A stretch of 64,000 nucleotides of DNA from assembly GCA_014193115.1 (NCBI GenBank), contig BJHQ01000003.1, positions 2,768 through 66,767 on the forward strand, given 5' to 3'. The translations under genes were made by a program, and so were the position numbers. The notes beneath the pieces were generated by a model. It worked only from the letters and a program-made list of their open reading frames with translations, made no database searches and was not told the origin of the DNA. The number at the start of each line of letters is the position of its first letter. Position 1 is the first letter of the stretch. Origin of the DNA: Planctomycetota bacterium. Lineage in GTDB: Bacteria > Planctomycetota > UBA11346. Positions 38,630 to 48,334 of this stretch are shown piece after piece.

Positions 38630-39619
38630 ATGTTCCCACCCGCCTCGAGCATCTCTACCTTCTCCGGCCTCGTGGCCGTTGCGAGCGCAACCCTGATCCT
38701 TGCCGGGTGCTCCCCGTCCGACAATAAGATCAGCAGCAGCCTGAGCTCACAGGAGATCGGCATCCAATCGTCCGCGGCCGGCAACCTAGCGGTGAACCAA
38801 GGTATCGAGTCCTCGGTCGATGCCCTGATCGCCGACGCCACCGGTGGCGATTCCCGGCGCGGAACTGCGGTCGGCGCGCCGGTGGTCCTGGTGGTCGATG
38901 TCGCGACCCTCAAGAAACCCGATGGATCGGCCAAGTTTCCGAACGCCTCCGGCAAGTTCACCGTGACTGCCGATGGCGCCATCGTGAACAGCTGGCCGAC
39001 GGCCGTCGTGACCACCGGCACCTCAACCGTGTCGGTGGATTTCAGCCAGCCGGCGGGTTCGCCGCTGACCATCAATGATCCGACCAGCGGCATCCGGGCG
39101 GTGATCGCCACGGGCACCATCTCCTTGTCGGTGGCCAGCAGCTACACCTATACCGGCGTCGGCAACTGGACGCTCAACGTCGATACCACCGCGGTCATCC
39201 CGCCGTCGCTCGGGTGCTCGTTGACCAAGGGCGGTGCCACCACCACCACCCAGCTGACCGGCAACCGCCAGGTCCAAACCACCTTGACCAGGGCGACCCT
39301 CGCCGCACCGCTGAGCAGCACCTTGACGGTGCGCCGGGTCATCAAAGGCACGGCGACCAATCCCCGTGATGCCACCGAGACCAACAAGTTCACCCAGTGG
39401 ACGACCACCGCCACCACTGCCGGGGTGACCGATACGGTGATCTGGAACCGCAACGCCGATTTCTCGGTGACCTACGACCTGATTGGTGCGACCTCGATTG
39501 CCGGAGCGACCAGCGACCGGATTTTTGTCACGTATAACGGCATCGTGGTCGGACCGTACACCGCGGCCCAGATCGCCAGCCGGTTCTCAACCGCCTTGCA
39601 GGATCCGTCGGCGTTCTGA
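38630..39619 (+). CDS. Thr-rich lipoprotein (paralog of 37548-38513)
   Basis: Lipobox LILAGCS. The segment GKFTVTADGAIVNSWPTAVVTTGTSTVSVDF...LTINDPTSGIRAVIATGTISL aligns with GSFRLSADKELFVPSWPSGTSGTGKALLTISF...ASYTDPASGAVASINSGTIIV in the neighbour. Confidence 0.6.
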   Translation: MFPPASSISTFSGLVAVASATLILAGCSPSDNKISSSLSSQEIGIQSSAAGNLAVNQGIESSVDALIADATGGDSRRGTAVGAPVVLVVDVATLKKPDGSAKFPNASGKFTVTADGAIVNSWPTAVVTTGTSTVSVDFSQPAGSPLTINDPTSGIRAVIATGTISLSVASSYTYTGVGNWTLNVDTTAVIPPSLGCSLTKGGATTTTQLTGNRQVQTTLTRATLAAPLSSTLTVRRVIKGTATNPRDATETNKFTQWTTTATTAGVTDTVIWNRNADFSVTYDLIGATSIAGATSDRIFVTYNGIVVGPYTAAQIASRFSTALQDPSAF

Positions 39620-39737
39620 GCCACCAGGCACAAGCACCCCGGGCGCCGTCGCGCCTGGGGGCTTGGCCGGCCTTTGGCGCGGTCCTCACTCGAACCAGTA
39701 TGCCTCTCCGGAAACGAGTGGCCTCGCGCAAAACCGG

Positions 39738-39876
39738 GGCGGCGATGCCCTCGTCGCCGGAATTGCTCGGAGCGCGAAACTATTCTTAAAGCCAAACCAA
39801 CGGCCACGGTCTGACCAGACCGCTCACGGGACTACCGTCGCGCCGGCGATGAGGGCATCGCCGCTCCGAAACGCGC
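39738..39876. repeat. two REP-like elements (inverted partial copy C at 39738-39760, full copy D at 39791-39876)
   Basis: GGCGGCGATGCCCTCGTCGCCGG and CGCCGGCGATGAGGGCATCGCCGCTCCGAAACGC match the 9.3 kb and 10.1 kb copies. An extra hairpin CGCACTGTAGTGCG follows. Confidence 0.8.
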
Positions 39877-39896
39877 GCACTGTAGTGCGTGCGTGC

Positions 39897-40319
39897 TTAC
39901 TTGACCGGATCGACCAGCTTGCCGGCGACGATGATCTTGCCGGTGCGGGCGGCCTTGATCCACAGATCCTTGCTCGGCTTGTCGGCAGCGGCGAATTTCT
40001 TGCGCGCCTCGTTGTTGGCGAAACCGATGTAGATTTTCAGCGGCTTCTTGGTCTTCTCGTCATAGACCGTGACCTCGGCCATCTCGATCTCGGGGGAGAT
40101 CTTCTTGCCGGTCAAACAGCAATACAGGTTCACCGCATCAGGCTTCTTGTTGTCCTTATTGGTCGATGGGCCATCGACATGGGCGCCGCTCCCTGAGGCG
40201 GCGTCGCTGTTGGCGTTGCCATCCTCTGAAACTGCATCAACCGCAGGCAAGGCGGTGAGCAGGGCGGCCAGGACGATGGCGGAGCGCAGGAGAGTGACCA
40301 TGGATGCCACCATGCGCAT
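39897..40319 (-). CDS. secreted Lys-rich hypothetical protein
   Basis: Signal peptide LLRSAIVLAALLTALPAVDA and a CC pair (LYCCLTGKK). Slightly lower GC. REP-like elements lie at its 3' side. Confidence 0.5.
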   Translation of the reverse strand: MRMVASMVTLLRSAIVLAALLTALPAVDAVSEDGNANSDAASGSGAHVDGPSTNKDNKKPDAVNLYCCLTGKKISPEIEMAEVTVYDEKTKKPLKIYIGFANNEARKKFAAADKPSKDLWIKAARTGKIIVAGKLVDPVK

Positions 40320-40388
40320 GGGTCATTCCAGGCAATCGCTGACCGGTGGGAGATTGCTCGCCGGCTGAGCCACCCCAGCCTGCTCCCG

Positions 40389-41144
40389 ATGCCCAGTCGC
40401 AGCGTGGTGCCGGTCAGCGTCGCTCTCATCGTCCGTGACGAGGCAGACCGCATCGGACCAGCCCTGGCCAGTGTCGCCTGGGCTGACGAGGTGGTGGTCC
40501 TCGATTCCGGCTCCACCGACCAGACCTGCGCCATCGCCGCAGCCAGCGGCGCACGGGTGGTGGTCGAGCCCTGGCGCGGGTATGGCGCGATGAAGAACCG
40601 GGCTGCCGAAGTGTGCCAGCACGACCGCATTCTCAGCTTGGATGCTGACGAACGGGTGGACCCGGACCTGGCCGCATCCATCCAGGCGCTGCCGGCGGAC
40701 GCGCCAGCCGCGGCCTGGCGGGTCCGCCGCCGCAACCACGTCGCCGGTCGGGCGATCCGCCATTGGCCCTGGGCCTGGGATCGCCAGATCCGGGTGTATG
40801 ATCGCCGCCGGGCCCGGTTCGTCGCCGCCGCAGTCCACGAATCGGTGTGCGCTGACGGCCCGGTCGCGGATCTGCCGGGCATCCTCGACCACCTGACCTA
40901 TCGCGACTGGCAGGACGGAGTTGACCGCAATCGCCGCTACGCCGAGCTCTGGGCGTCAGCTGAACGCGCTCAGGCCCGGCCCTCGCGCTGGGTCGATCGG
41001 AAGATCCGCCCGGCGGTCGCGTTTTGGAGGCATCTTCTGATCCGCGGCCACCTGTTGTCGGGTCGCGATGGATGGCGGTGGTCGCAGCTGACCGCGGAGT
41101 ATGTGCGCTGGAAATACGAACTTCTCGCGGAGCCCCAGGGCTGA
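40389..41144 (+). CDS. family 2 glycosyltransferase (LPS-core type)
   Basis: SVALIVRDEADRI ... VVLDSGSTDQT ... LSLDADE (DxD). Confidence 0.8.
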   Translation: MPSRSVVPVSVALIVRDEADRIGPALASVAWADEVVVLDSGSTDQTCAIAAASGARVVVEPWRGYGAMKNRAAEVCQHDRILSLDADERVDPDLAASIQALPADAPAAAWRVRRRNHVAGRAIRHWPWAWDRQIRVYDRRRARFVAAAVHESVCADGPVADLPGILDHLTYRDWQDGVDRNRRYAELWASAERAQARPSRWVDRKIRPAVAFWRHLLIRGHLLSGRDGWRWSQLTAEYVRWKYELLAEPQG

Positions 41145-41266
41145 GCCGCGGGTGGGCCTTGCCACGCAGCGGCTTGGCTCAGCGTTCCGCCATGCCGGTC
41201 GCGGTCCCCGAATGCGAGCCCGCGGTGCTGCCTGGGGTGAAGACAGGGAGCCCGGCACCGCGCACC

Positions 41267-41533
41267 ATGCGACCGTGGAACGTGGTGCTGCTCAATGACG
41301 ACGATCACAGCTATGACTACGTGATCGAGATGCTCCAGGCGGTGTTCGGCCACAGCGTCGAGCTGGCGTTTTTGTTCGCCGTCGAAGTCGACACCACCGG
41401 CCGGGTGATCGTCGACACCACGACCAAGGAACGCGCCGAGCTGAAACAGGAGCAGATCCACGCCTATGGCCCGGATCCCTTGATCCCGCGCTGCGCCGGA
41501 TCGATGACCGCGATCATCGAACCGGCGGAATAG
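41267..41533 (+). CDS. clpS: ATP-dependent Clp protease adaptor ClpS
   Basis: WNVVLLNDDDHSYDYVIEMLQAVFGHS. A GTG at 41236 is an alternative start. Confidence 0.85.
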   Translation: MRPWNVVLLNDDDHSYDYVIEMLQAVFGHSVELAFLFAVEVDTTGRVIVDTTTKERAELKQEQIHAYGPDPLIPRCAGSMTAIIEPAE

Positions 41534-41628
41534 GTCCTGATCCGCACGTCCGAGGGCGACCGGACCACGGCAAGCAGGGCGCTGCGCCCGGGTTGCAGCC
41601 GGCACCGGTGCGGCAACCGTGACCAGCC

Positions 41629-42135
41629 ATGTCCGCACCGTCGCCGCTGGTGGGCGTGATCATGGGCTCCCGCTCCGACTGGGAGACCATGCAGCACGCC
41701 GCCGAGATCCTGGACCGCCTCGCCGTTCCCCACGAGGTCGCCGTGGTCAGCGCCCATCGCACACCGGATCTGCTGTTCTCGTACGCCGACAGCGCGGCCG
41801 GTCGCGGGCTGCAGGTCATCATCGCCGGGGCCGGCGGCGCCGCCCACCTGCCCGGGATGTGCGCCAGCAAGACGGCGTTGCCGGTGCTCGGCGTGCCGGT
41901 GGAATCGAAGGCCCTGCACGGGATGGACTCACTGTTGTCGATCGTGCAGATGCCGGCGGGCATTCCGGTGGCGACCCTCGCCATCGGCAAGGCCGGCGCG
42001 ATCAACGCCGGGCTGCTGGCCAGCGCGATTCTCGCCCTGGGCGATGCGGGATTGGCCGCACGGCTGAGCGCATTCCGCGCCGAGCAGACCGGCAAGGTGC
42101 TTGCCGACCGCGATCCGCGGCTGCCCCTGCCATGA
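41629..42135 (+). CDS. purE: N5-carboxyaminoimidazole ribonucleotide mutase
   Basis: [14 protein letters not shown] ... [14 protein letters not shown]. Confidence 0.9.
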   Translation: MSAPSPLVGVIMGSRSDWETMQHAAEILDRLAVPHEVAVVSAHRTPDLLFSYADSAAGRGLQVIIAGAGGAAHLPGMCASKTALPVLGVPVESKALHGMDSLLSIVQMPAGIPVATLAIGKAGAINAGLLASAILALGDAGLAARLSAFRAEQTGKVLADRDPRLPLP

Positions 42136-42184
42136 ATCTGACGGGCGCTCCCGGTCCCATGTCTGCCATGGATTGTTGAGCCCC

Positions 42185-43267
42185 ATGCGCATCGCCATCC
42201 TCGGCGGCGGCCAGCTCGCGCGCATGCTGGCCCTGGCCGCGATCCCTCTCGGCCATCGGGTGCGGGTCCTCGATCCCTCGCCGGATGCGGGCGCCGGGCA
42301 TTGCGCCGAGCTGATCGTCGGCGAATACGACGACCCTGCCGCCCTCGATCGGTTGGTGTCGGGCTGCGACGTGCTGACCTACGAATTCGAAAACGTTCCG
42401 GTCGCCGCGGCCCAGCGTCTGGCGCTGCGCCTGCCGGTGTCTCCGCCCCCTGCGGCTCTCGCCGTCAGCCAGGACCGGGTCACCGAAAAGACCTTTTTGC
42501 AGTCCCACGGCTGCGCCACCGCACCCTTCGCAGCGATCGCCGACCGCGCCGGGTTGCAACGGGCGGTGGTCGAACTTGGCCTGCCGGCGGTGCTCAAGAC
42601 CCGGCGGCTGGGTTATGACGGCAAGGGCCAGGCGGTCCTGCGCCAGGCCACCGACCTGGACGCCGCCTGGGCCGCCTTGGGCAACGCGCCAGGCGGACTG
42701 ATCCTCGAAGGGTTCGTCGATTTCGAGCGGGAATGCTCGCTGGTCGCCGCCCGCGGCCGGGACGGCGCGGTGGTCTGCTATCCGCTGGCTGAGAACACCC
42801 ATCGCGGCGGCATCCTCAGCACCTCGCTCCTGCCCGGCCCCGGTCTGAGCGCCGCCCTCCAGAGCGAGGCGGAGCGGGTCATGGGCACGATCCTGGCGGC
42901 GCTCGACTATGTCGGCGTCCTGTGCATCGAGTTCTTCGTCGCCGACGGCCGCCTGATCGCCAACGAAATGGCTCCGCGGGTCCACAACAGCGGCCACGGC
43001 ACCATCGAAGGCTGCGTCACCAGCCAATTCGCCAACCATATCCGGGCCATCACCGGGGCACCGCTGGGCAGCCCGGCCGCCCGCGGCGCCAGCGTCATGC
43101 GGAATCTGATCGGCGCCTGGCCCGATCCTGCGCGGATCCTGGCCATTCCCGGCGCCCACCTGCATCTCTATGGCAAGCAGCCGCGAGCCGGGCGCAAGGT
43201 CGGCCACGTCACCCTGATCGATCCGGATCCGGCGGCCCTGGCCGCGCTCGATGCGCTGATCGGCTGA
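42185..43267 (+). CDS. purK: N5-carboxyaminoimidazole ribonucleotide synthase
   Basis: MRIAILGGGQLARM ... ATP-grasp ... VGHVTL. Immediately downstream of purE. Confidence 0.9.
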   Translation: MRIAILGGGQLARMLALAAIPLGHRVRVLDPSPDAGAGHCAELIVGEYDDPAALDRLVSGCDVLTYEFENVPVAAAQRLALRLPVSPPPAALAVSQDRVTEKTFLQSHGCATAPFAAIADRAGLQRAVVELGLPAVLKTRRLGYDGKGQAVLRQATDLDAAWAALGNAPGGLILEGFVDFERECSLVAARGRDGAVVCYPLAENTHRGGILSTSLLPGPGLSAALQSEAERVMGTILAALDYVGVLCIEFFVADGRLIANEMAPRVHNSGHGTIEGCVTSQFANHIRAITGAPLGSPAARGASVMRNLIGAWPDPARILAIPGAHLHLYGKQPRAGRKVGHVTLIDPDPAALAALDALIG

Positions 43268-43393
43268 ACATCCTCGGGGCCTGGCGTCTCCTGGCTTGCA
43301 GTTCTGCCGAGTCGCCTATTCTGCCACGCCCCCGACCGGCTGAGCCGGTCACGACACCGGCCGGTCCACCGGTCGCCGACCTCGAGGTTCTCT

Positions 43394-43648
43394 ATGGCAC
43401 ATAAGATGGGCACCGGCTCGACCCAGAACGGTCGGGACAGCAAGGCCAAACGCCGCGGCATCAAGGCCTATGGCGGCGAGACCGTCACCGCCGGCTCGAT
43501 CATCGTCCGCCAGTGCGGCACCAGCTACAAACCCGGTCGCGGCGTCGGCTTGGGTAAAGACTACACCATCTTCGCCCTGATCGACGGCAAGGTGCAGTTC
43601 CGCAACCGCACCATCGATGTCGTCGCCCAGGTCGCAGCCGCCGGCTGA
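43394..43648 (+). CDS. rpmA: 50S ribosomal protein L27
   Basis: [29 protein letters not shown]...[10 protein letters not shown]. Confidence 0.9.
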   Translation: MAHKMGTGSTQNGRDSKAKRRGIKAYGGETVTAGSIIVRQCGTSYKPGRGVGLGKDYTIFALIDGKVQFRNRTIDVVAQVAAAG

Positions 43649-43687
43649 GTCGACAGGCGGGCGGGCCGCTGCTCGGATCGCCCTCGG

Positions 43688-44236
43688 TCAACGTACCCCG
43701 GCCTCTTCGGCAGTGGCCGCCGCGTCGCGCAGCAGGTGCGGATACAACTGCTGATACGCGACATAATCGCCAGCGATCCGGCCGACCCGCACCGCCAGCT
43801 CAGCCGAGAGCGGTTTGACGATCCTGCCGGGCACGCCGGCCACGAGATGGTCATCGGGCACTGAGAGGCCCTCGGGCACGACGCATCCGGCAGCGATCAG
43901 GCAGCGCCTGCCGATCACGGCGCCGTCGAGAATCCGGGCGCCCATCCCGACCAGCGTCCCGTCGCCGACTTGGCAGGCATGGACGATGGCTCCGTGGCCG
44001 ACGCTGACCTCGCCCCCCAATTCGCAGGGCCTCAGCCGCGAGACGTGCAAACAGCACAGATCCTGGATATTGCAGCGCGGTCCCAAGGCGATGTGGTTGA
44101 TATCACCGCGCAGCACAGCGCCGAACCACACCGAGCACTCAGGGCCGAAGCGCACGTCGCCGACCAGGGTCGCATTAGGAGCGAGGAACGCGGGGAGCTG
44201 GGGATTCCGCCCCTGGATCGGGATCAACCAGGCCAT
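43688..44236 (-). CDS. gamma-carbonic-anhydrase / hexapeptide-repeat (YrdA/PaaY-like) protein
   Basis: Left-handed beta-helix hexapeptide repeats with conserved His (VGHGAIVHACQVGDG). Start at MAWLIPIQG. Confidence 0.7.
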   Translation of the reverse strand: MAWLIPIQGRNPQLPAFLAPNATLVGDVRFGPECSVWFGAVLRGDINHIALGPRCNIQDLCCLHVSRLRPCELGGEVSVGHGAIVHACQVGDGTLVGMGARILDGAVIGRRCLIAAGCVVPEGLSVPDDHLVAGVPGRIVKPLSAELAVRVGRIAGDYVAYQQLYPHLLRDAAATAEEAGVR

Positions 44237-44281
44237 TTGAACGAGTCTGGATCCGCCCCATCGGGCCACCAGCCGGTCCGC

Positions 44282-45652
44282 TCAGGCGGCGGTCGCCAGG
44301 GGACGTTCGACGATCTGCCAGCGGATGCGCTCAGCCAGGTCGGCAGGCGGAATGGATGCGGATACGCGGTCGGCAGCGACAACATCGATGACCAGGCCGC
44401 GCGGGTCGTGGTGGAACAGCACGGCCAGACCGGGACACCCGGTCGGTACGACGGCGTGGTCGATGCCGGTGATGGAGGCTCCGAACCAGCGGCCGGAGAG
44501 CGCTGATTTCCCGGTGCTGGCGGTGAAGCAGCTGGCGTGGACACCTGGGCCGCCGAAGCCGAGTTCGGCTTGGACCGCGACCTGGGGCAGGAAGCCGAAA
44601 AATCCCAATCCGGCGCCCATCCGCTCGCATCCCTGTGCCGCCAGCCAGGCGCGCTGCTGTTCCTGGATCGTCCTGGCCGCGGCCGCGAGATCCTGGCTGG
44701 CCAGGCCAGCGGGCACCCGGACGAAAGCGTAACCGTGACAGTTGGCGAGCATCCGCCGCTCGCCAGGCGGGCGCAGATCGAGGGCCAATGGCAGCAGCAG
44801 GTCGCCACCGCCGGGTTGGCTCGATTCCAGCGCGGCAGCAAGCGCAGCGAACAGGAAAGCGCTTTCCCCCATCCGGCCGACGGTCGCACGGACCCGGCTC
44901 TGGGCGGCTGCGGTCGCGTCCCGGCCCAGGGCAAGGGTGCTGGCGGACAGAGCCCTGGCGCGGTTGGCGGGCGATGGCGGTCGAGACGCGCCGCGGGGGG
45001 AAGGTTGGTGCAGCGGCTTCCACAGGCGGACCAGGCGATGGGGTTTGAGCAACGGCATCAGGGTCGAGGCCAGCCGGCCACGGACTGCCAAACCGGCGGG
45101 CAGACCAGGCTGATCGCGATAGCCGGCGTGCCACCACGGTTCGGACCACCGCGTCCGGTCCAAGGTCGGCAGGGCTTCCAGCACCGCCAAGGCACCGCGG
45201 GCATCGCAGGCGAGGTGATTCCAGGCCACGACCACCGCCTGGTCGCAGACCACGACCCGGAATCCGTTCGGGCCGGGACCGTGCTCCAACAGGTACCGGC
45301 GCGCCGCTGCCGGATCGGCAAGACCGAGATCCCCAGCCGATTCACTGCGTAGGGCAAGAGGGCCGCGCAAGCGCAGCCGCAGACCGCGCAGGCCCGGTAC
45401 GGCTATCGCCGCCAGCGGCCAAGCGGCACGGCCGAGGGCGCACAGCCCACGATCCAAGCCGGCGCGATCCAAGCCGGCGCGATCCAAGCCGGCTTGATCC
45501 GGTTCCTGGGCGAGATGGACCACCAGCACCCCGACATTGCCGCATCCGCCATCCTCGCGGATGATCCGATCGAGGATGGCGGCGAAGACATCACCGGGAC
45601 CAGGCTGTTGGAACAGCCACGGGTGATGCGCTGGCTGGTTCCGGAGCGGCAT
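44282..45652 (-). CDS. hypothetical protein with a degenerate HxxxD (condensation / WS-DGAT-like?) motif
   Basis: AWNHLACDARG resembles the HHxxxDG acyltransferase motif but is incomplete. It contains the in-frame AGLDR x3 repeat. Confidence 0.4.
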   Translation of the reverse strand: MPLRNQPAHHPWLFQQPGPGDVFAAILDRIIREDGGCGNVGVLVVHLAQEPDQAGLDRAGLDRAGLDRGLCALGRAAWPLAAIAVPGLRGLRLRLRGPLALRSESAGDLGLADPAAARRYLLEHGPGPNGFRVVVCDQAVVVAWNHLACDARGALAVLEALPTLDRTRWSEPWWHAGYRDQPGLPAGLAVRGRLASTLMPLLKPHRLVRLWKPLHQPSPRGASRPPSPANRARALSASTLALGRDATAAAQSRVRATVGRMGESAFLFAALAAALESSQPGGGDLLLPLALDLRPPGERRMLANCHGYAFVRVPAGLASQDLAAAARTIQEQQRAWLAAQGCERMGAGLGFFGFLPQVAVQAELGFGGPGVHASCFTASTGKSALSGRWFGASITGIDHAVVPTGCPGLAVLFHHDPRGLVIDVVAADRVSASIPPADLAERIRWQIVERPLATAA

Positions 45653-45653
45653 G

Positions 45654-45944
45654 TCAGCGCCCGGCAGGCCGGAACCGTTCCGCCGCTTCGCCAGTGTCCT
45701 CGCAGCGGGCGTCTTCGTCCGGGGTCAGGGTGGTGTCGACGCGGGAGCAGACCACGCCTTCGGCTTCGAGCGCGGCCCGAACCGACTTGGTGCCCAGGGC
45801 CTCGCCGGCGACTGTGGCGTTCCAGCCGTTGGGAGCGATCCACACCGCTTTGGCCTTGGCCAGGCCGGCCAGGGCGAGCTGTGTCAGCACCCGGCCGTCG
45901 CGGCTGAGCGGTTTGGCGAAGGCAATTGTGACCAGCATAGTCAT
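45654..45944 (-). CDS. small hypothetical protein
   Basis: 96 aa. Overlaps the upstream and downstream genes by 4 nt and 1 nt. Good GC3. Confidence 0.4.
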   Translation of the reverse strand: MTMLVTIAFAKPLSRDGRVLTQLALAGLAKAKAVWIAPNGWNATVAGEALGTKSVRAALEAEGVVCSRVDTTLTPDEDARCEDTGEAAERFRPAGR

Positions 45945-46888
45945 GGGCGTGGTCCGGTCGCATCGCGCGGTGGGTCGGTGCGCAGTGAAGAAGCTTCGGT
46001 CCGGGTCTGGCGGATAAACCGCTCCATGATCGCAACGATCCGTTGGAACTGGTCTTTACCGGAAAAATGCAGCGTGATGTTCCCAGAACCATCGGCGCGC
46101 TCGCGGACGGCGACCCGGGTGCCGAACAAGTGCAGCAGGTTCGCTTCAAGCTCTTTGAGGTGCGGTGGCTTGCGCGAACGGCCGGCGTCGGCGTCGGAGG
46201 CTGGGATCGGCTGCTCCTGGTCCGGCCCGGACCGGGCCAGCCGCTCGACCTCGCGCACCGACAGGCCATCGGCCGCCGCCCGCTCGGCCAGGGTCTGCTG
46301 CCAAGCCGGATCGGCGCAGCTGAGCAGGGCTTTGGCGTGGCCCTGGCTCAGCGTGCCATCGGTCAACCGGGCGATGATGGCCGACGGCAGATCGAGCAGG
46401 CGGAGGAGGTTGGAGACGCTGCTGCGCTCCTTATTGACCCGATCGGCGACCTGATCGTGGGTCAGGCCATGCTGGTCGATCAGAGCGCGATAGGCCCGAG
46501 CCAGTTCGACGGCATTCAAATCTTGGCGCTGGATGTTCTCGACCAGTCTCAGCTCGGCAACGTGCTGTGGATTGTCCTCTTCGCGGACCACGACTGGTAC
46601 CCGGAGCAGTCCAGCCAGACGGGCGGCTCGCCATCGTCGTTCGCCAGAGAGGATTTCGTAGCCGACCTCCCGGCGCAAGACAACGATCGGCTGAAGCATG
46701 CCGTGTTGGCGGAGGCTGGCAGCAAGCTCGGTGAGCGATGCCTCGTCAAAATCGGTCCTCGGGTTGGCGGACGGTGGCCGCAGCAAACCGAGGTCGACTT
46801 CCAGATAACCCTTGGTCGGTTCCTTCCGAGCGGTTCGCTGGAACACGTCGGCTAAACTTTTACCAAGGGTATGGTCAGCGAATGACAT
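45941..46888 (-). CDS. parB: chromosome partitioning protein ParB
   Basis: ParB box GERRWRAARLAGL and an HTH. Typical length. Confidence 0.9.
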   Translation of the reverse strand: MSFADHTLGKSLADVFQRTARKEPTKGYLEVDLGLLRPPSANPRTDFDEASLTELAASLRQHGMLQPIVVLRREVGYEILSGERRWRAARLAGLLRVPVVVREEDNPQHVAELRLVENIQRQDLNAVELARAYRALIDQHGLTHDQVADRVNKERSSVSNLLRLLDLPSAIIARLTDGTLSQGHAKALLSCADPAWQQTLAERAAADGLSVREVERLARSGPDQEQPIPASDADAGRSRKPPHLKELEANLLHLFGTRVAVRERADGSGNITLHFSGKDQFQRIVAIMERFIRQTRTEASSLRTDPPRDATGPRP

Positions 46889-46903
46889 GGATCGTTCGAA
46901 TCA

Positions 46904-47644
46904 TTAGGATGGTTTTATCAGGGAGAGGAGCCATCGCGTGGCTTCGAGATAGGCCAAGGCTCCTGCACAAAGTGGGTCGTAGGTCGTGATGGTTGCACTA
47001 TGGCTTGGTGCAGCAGCCAGCGAGGTATCGCGAGGGATGGGAACAGGTGCAATGTGATTGGGGAAGTGTTTGCCAATTTCAGCAAGGACCTGATGAGACA
47101 TGATGATGTCAGGATCAAACATGGTGACCAGGATGCCAGCAAGACGAAGCTGGAGCTGGGCGGTTATTCTTAATTGGTCAACATATGCCAGAAGTTGGCT
47201 CAGGCCCTCCAGGGCAAAATATTCACTTTGGAGGGGGATCAGCAGATAGTCAGCAGCAAGCAACGCGTTTGTTGGCAAAACGGTCAGGTTTGGAGGCGAA
47301 TCGATCAAAATAAGATCGAAGTGAGGCTGGTGCTGGACCAACAGGCTGGAGAGTGCCCTCCGGCCATCATGAGACTGTGCCAGGACTTGTTCACGATCCA
47401 GCAAGTCATTCCCGGCAACGATACAGCTGAGATTCGAGTGGGCGGTGGAGACAGGCTTTGCTCCGCCATAAATGGACGGACCCTCAACGTCAGGCGCCAA
47501 AACGCTAGAGGCATTCCCCTGTGGATCGTTGTCAACAACCAGCACGCGCTGGCCAGCAAGGGCAGCGAACGCAGCAACATTCACCACGGTCGTCGTTTTG
47601 CCAACGCCACCCTTTTGGTTGGCGACAGCAAGAATGGTGGCCAT
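46904..47644 (-). CDS. parA: chromosome partitioning ATPase ParA
   Basis: Deviant Walker A NQKGGVGKTTT. Start at MATILAV. GC content is conspicuously lower than in parB. Confidence 0.9.
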   Translation of the reverse strand: MATILAVANQKGGVGKTTTVVNVAAFAALAGQRVLVVDNDPQGNASSVLAPDVEGPSIYGGAKPVSTAHSNLSCIVAGNDLLDREQVLAQSHDGRRALSSLLVQHQPHFDLILIDSPPNLTVLPTNALLAADYLLIPLQSEYFALEGLSQLLAYVDQLRITAQLQLRLAGILVTMFDPDIIMSHQVLAEIGKHFPNHIAPVPIPRDTSLAAAPSHSATITTYDPLCAGALAYLEATRWLLSLIKPS

Positions 47645-47652
47645 GGCCAGAG

Positions 47653-47702
47653 GTTCTACGTGGAACACGCCGGTCAAGAGCCAAAGGCGTTCCACGTGGA
47701 AC
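47653..47702. promoter_or_regulatory. two parS-like palindromes (GTTCTACGTGGAAC at 47653-47666, GTTCCACGTGGAAC at 47689-47702)
   Basis: A 14-bp palindrome closely related to the canonical parS core TGTTTCACGTGAAACA. They lie 9 nt and 45 nt upstream of parA. Confidence 0.65.
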
Positions 47703-47864
47703 AGCAGGCTTTGAAAGACCATCCAAATATAGGTTCAAACAAACCTGTTCCGGTTTTGAGAGCTGTGAGTGCTGATAGCCGAGGACTTGCTAAGGCGCTG
47801 ATCCGATCGTAGGCTGGAAGACTCGGGATGCCTAGTTCCCATCGTCCTGCTGGAGCACGCCGTC

Positions 47865-48134
47865 ATGTCCGACGCCATCGCCGCCCAAGTGAATGAAGCG
47901 ATTGCCGCTGAGTTTGAGCTCGACGTCACCACGTTGACGCCAGAGGCTCGACTCATTGAGGACGTCGGCTTGGACAGTCTGGATAGCGTCGATCTGATTG
48001 CGACCTTGGAGCGGACCTTCAAGGTCAAATGCCCAGAAGCCGAAGCTCGCAAGATGCGCACGGTTGGGGACATCCATCGCTTTGTGGCGACCCTTCTTCC
48101 CGCTCCGCCAGCCGGCGTGCGCCAGGCCGCCTGA
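47865..48134 (+). CDS. acyl carrier protein (standalone)
   Basis: Phosphopantetheine-attachment motif DVGLDSLDSVDLIATLERTF. Lower GC. Confidence 0.8.
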   Translation: MSDAIAAQVNEAIAAEFELDVTTLTPEARLIEDVGLDSLDSVDLIATLERTFKVKCPEAEARKMRTVGDIHRFVATLLPAPPAGVRQAA

Positions 48135-48334
48135 GGTTGGCGCTTGCCGCAAGCAGCTGATTCATAGGCTCACGACTATCATGGCGCTTCAGCGCATCCA
48201 ATCGGGTCTGCGACTTCCCAGGGGGTTCCTGGCCTAAGGCCACGGAACCCGGTGGGCTGCGCGCCCATCTCCGCCAGCGGCCCTCGCCGCGGCGGTTTCC
48301 CGACCCAAAGCGCTTCTGAGCGCTGGATGCTGCC

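Noticed and set aside
43268-43393. A possible rplU (L21) gene or leader upstream of rpmA.
   Set aside because: Nothing L21-like is encoded there. rpmA appears to stand alone after purK. This is unusual but not an error.
47174-47812. A 212-aa plus-strand ORF.
   Set aside because: It is antisense to parA, which has a definitive deviant Walker A.
47703-47864. oriC in the AT-richer parA-ACP spacer.
   Set aside because: It is AT-richer than its surroundings, but I could not find DnaA-box-like 9-mers. This is retained only as context in the parS finding.
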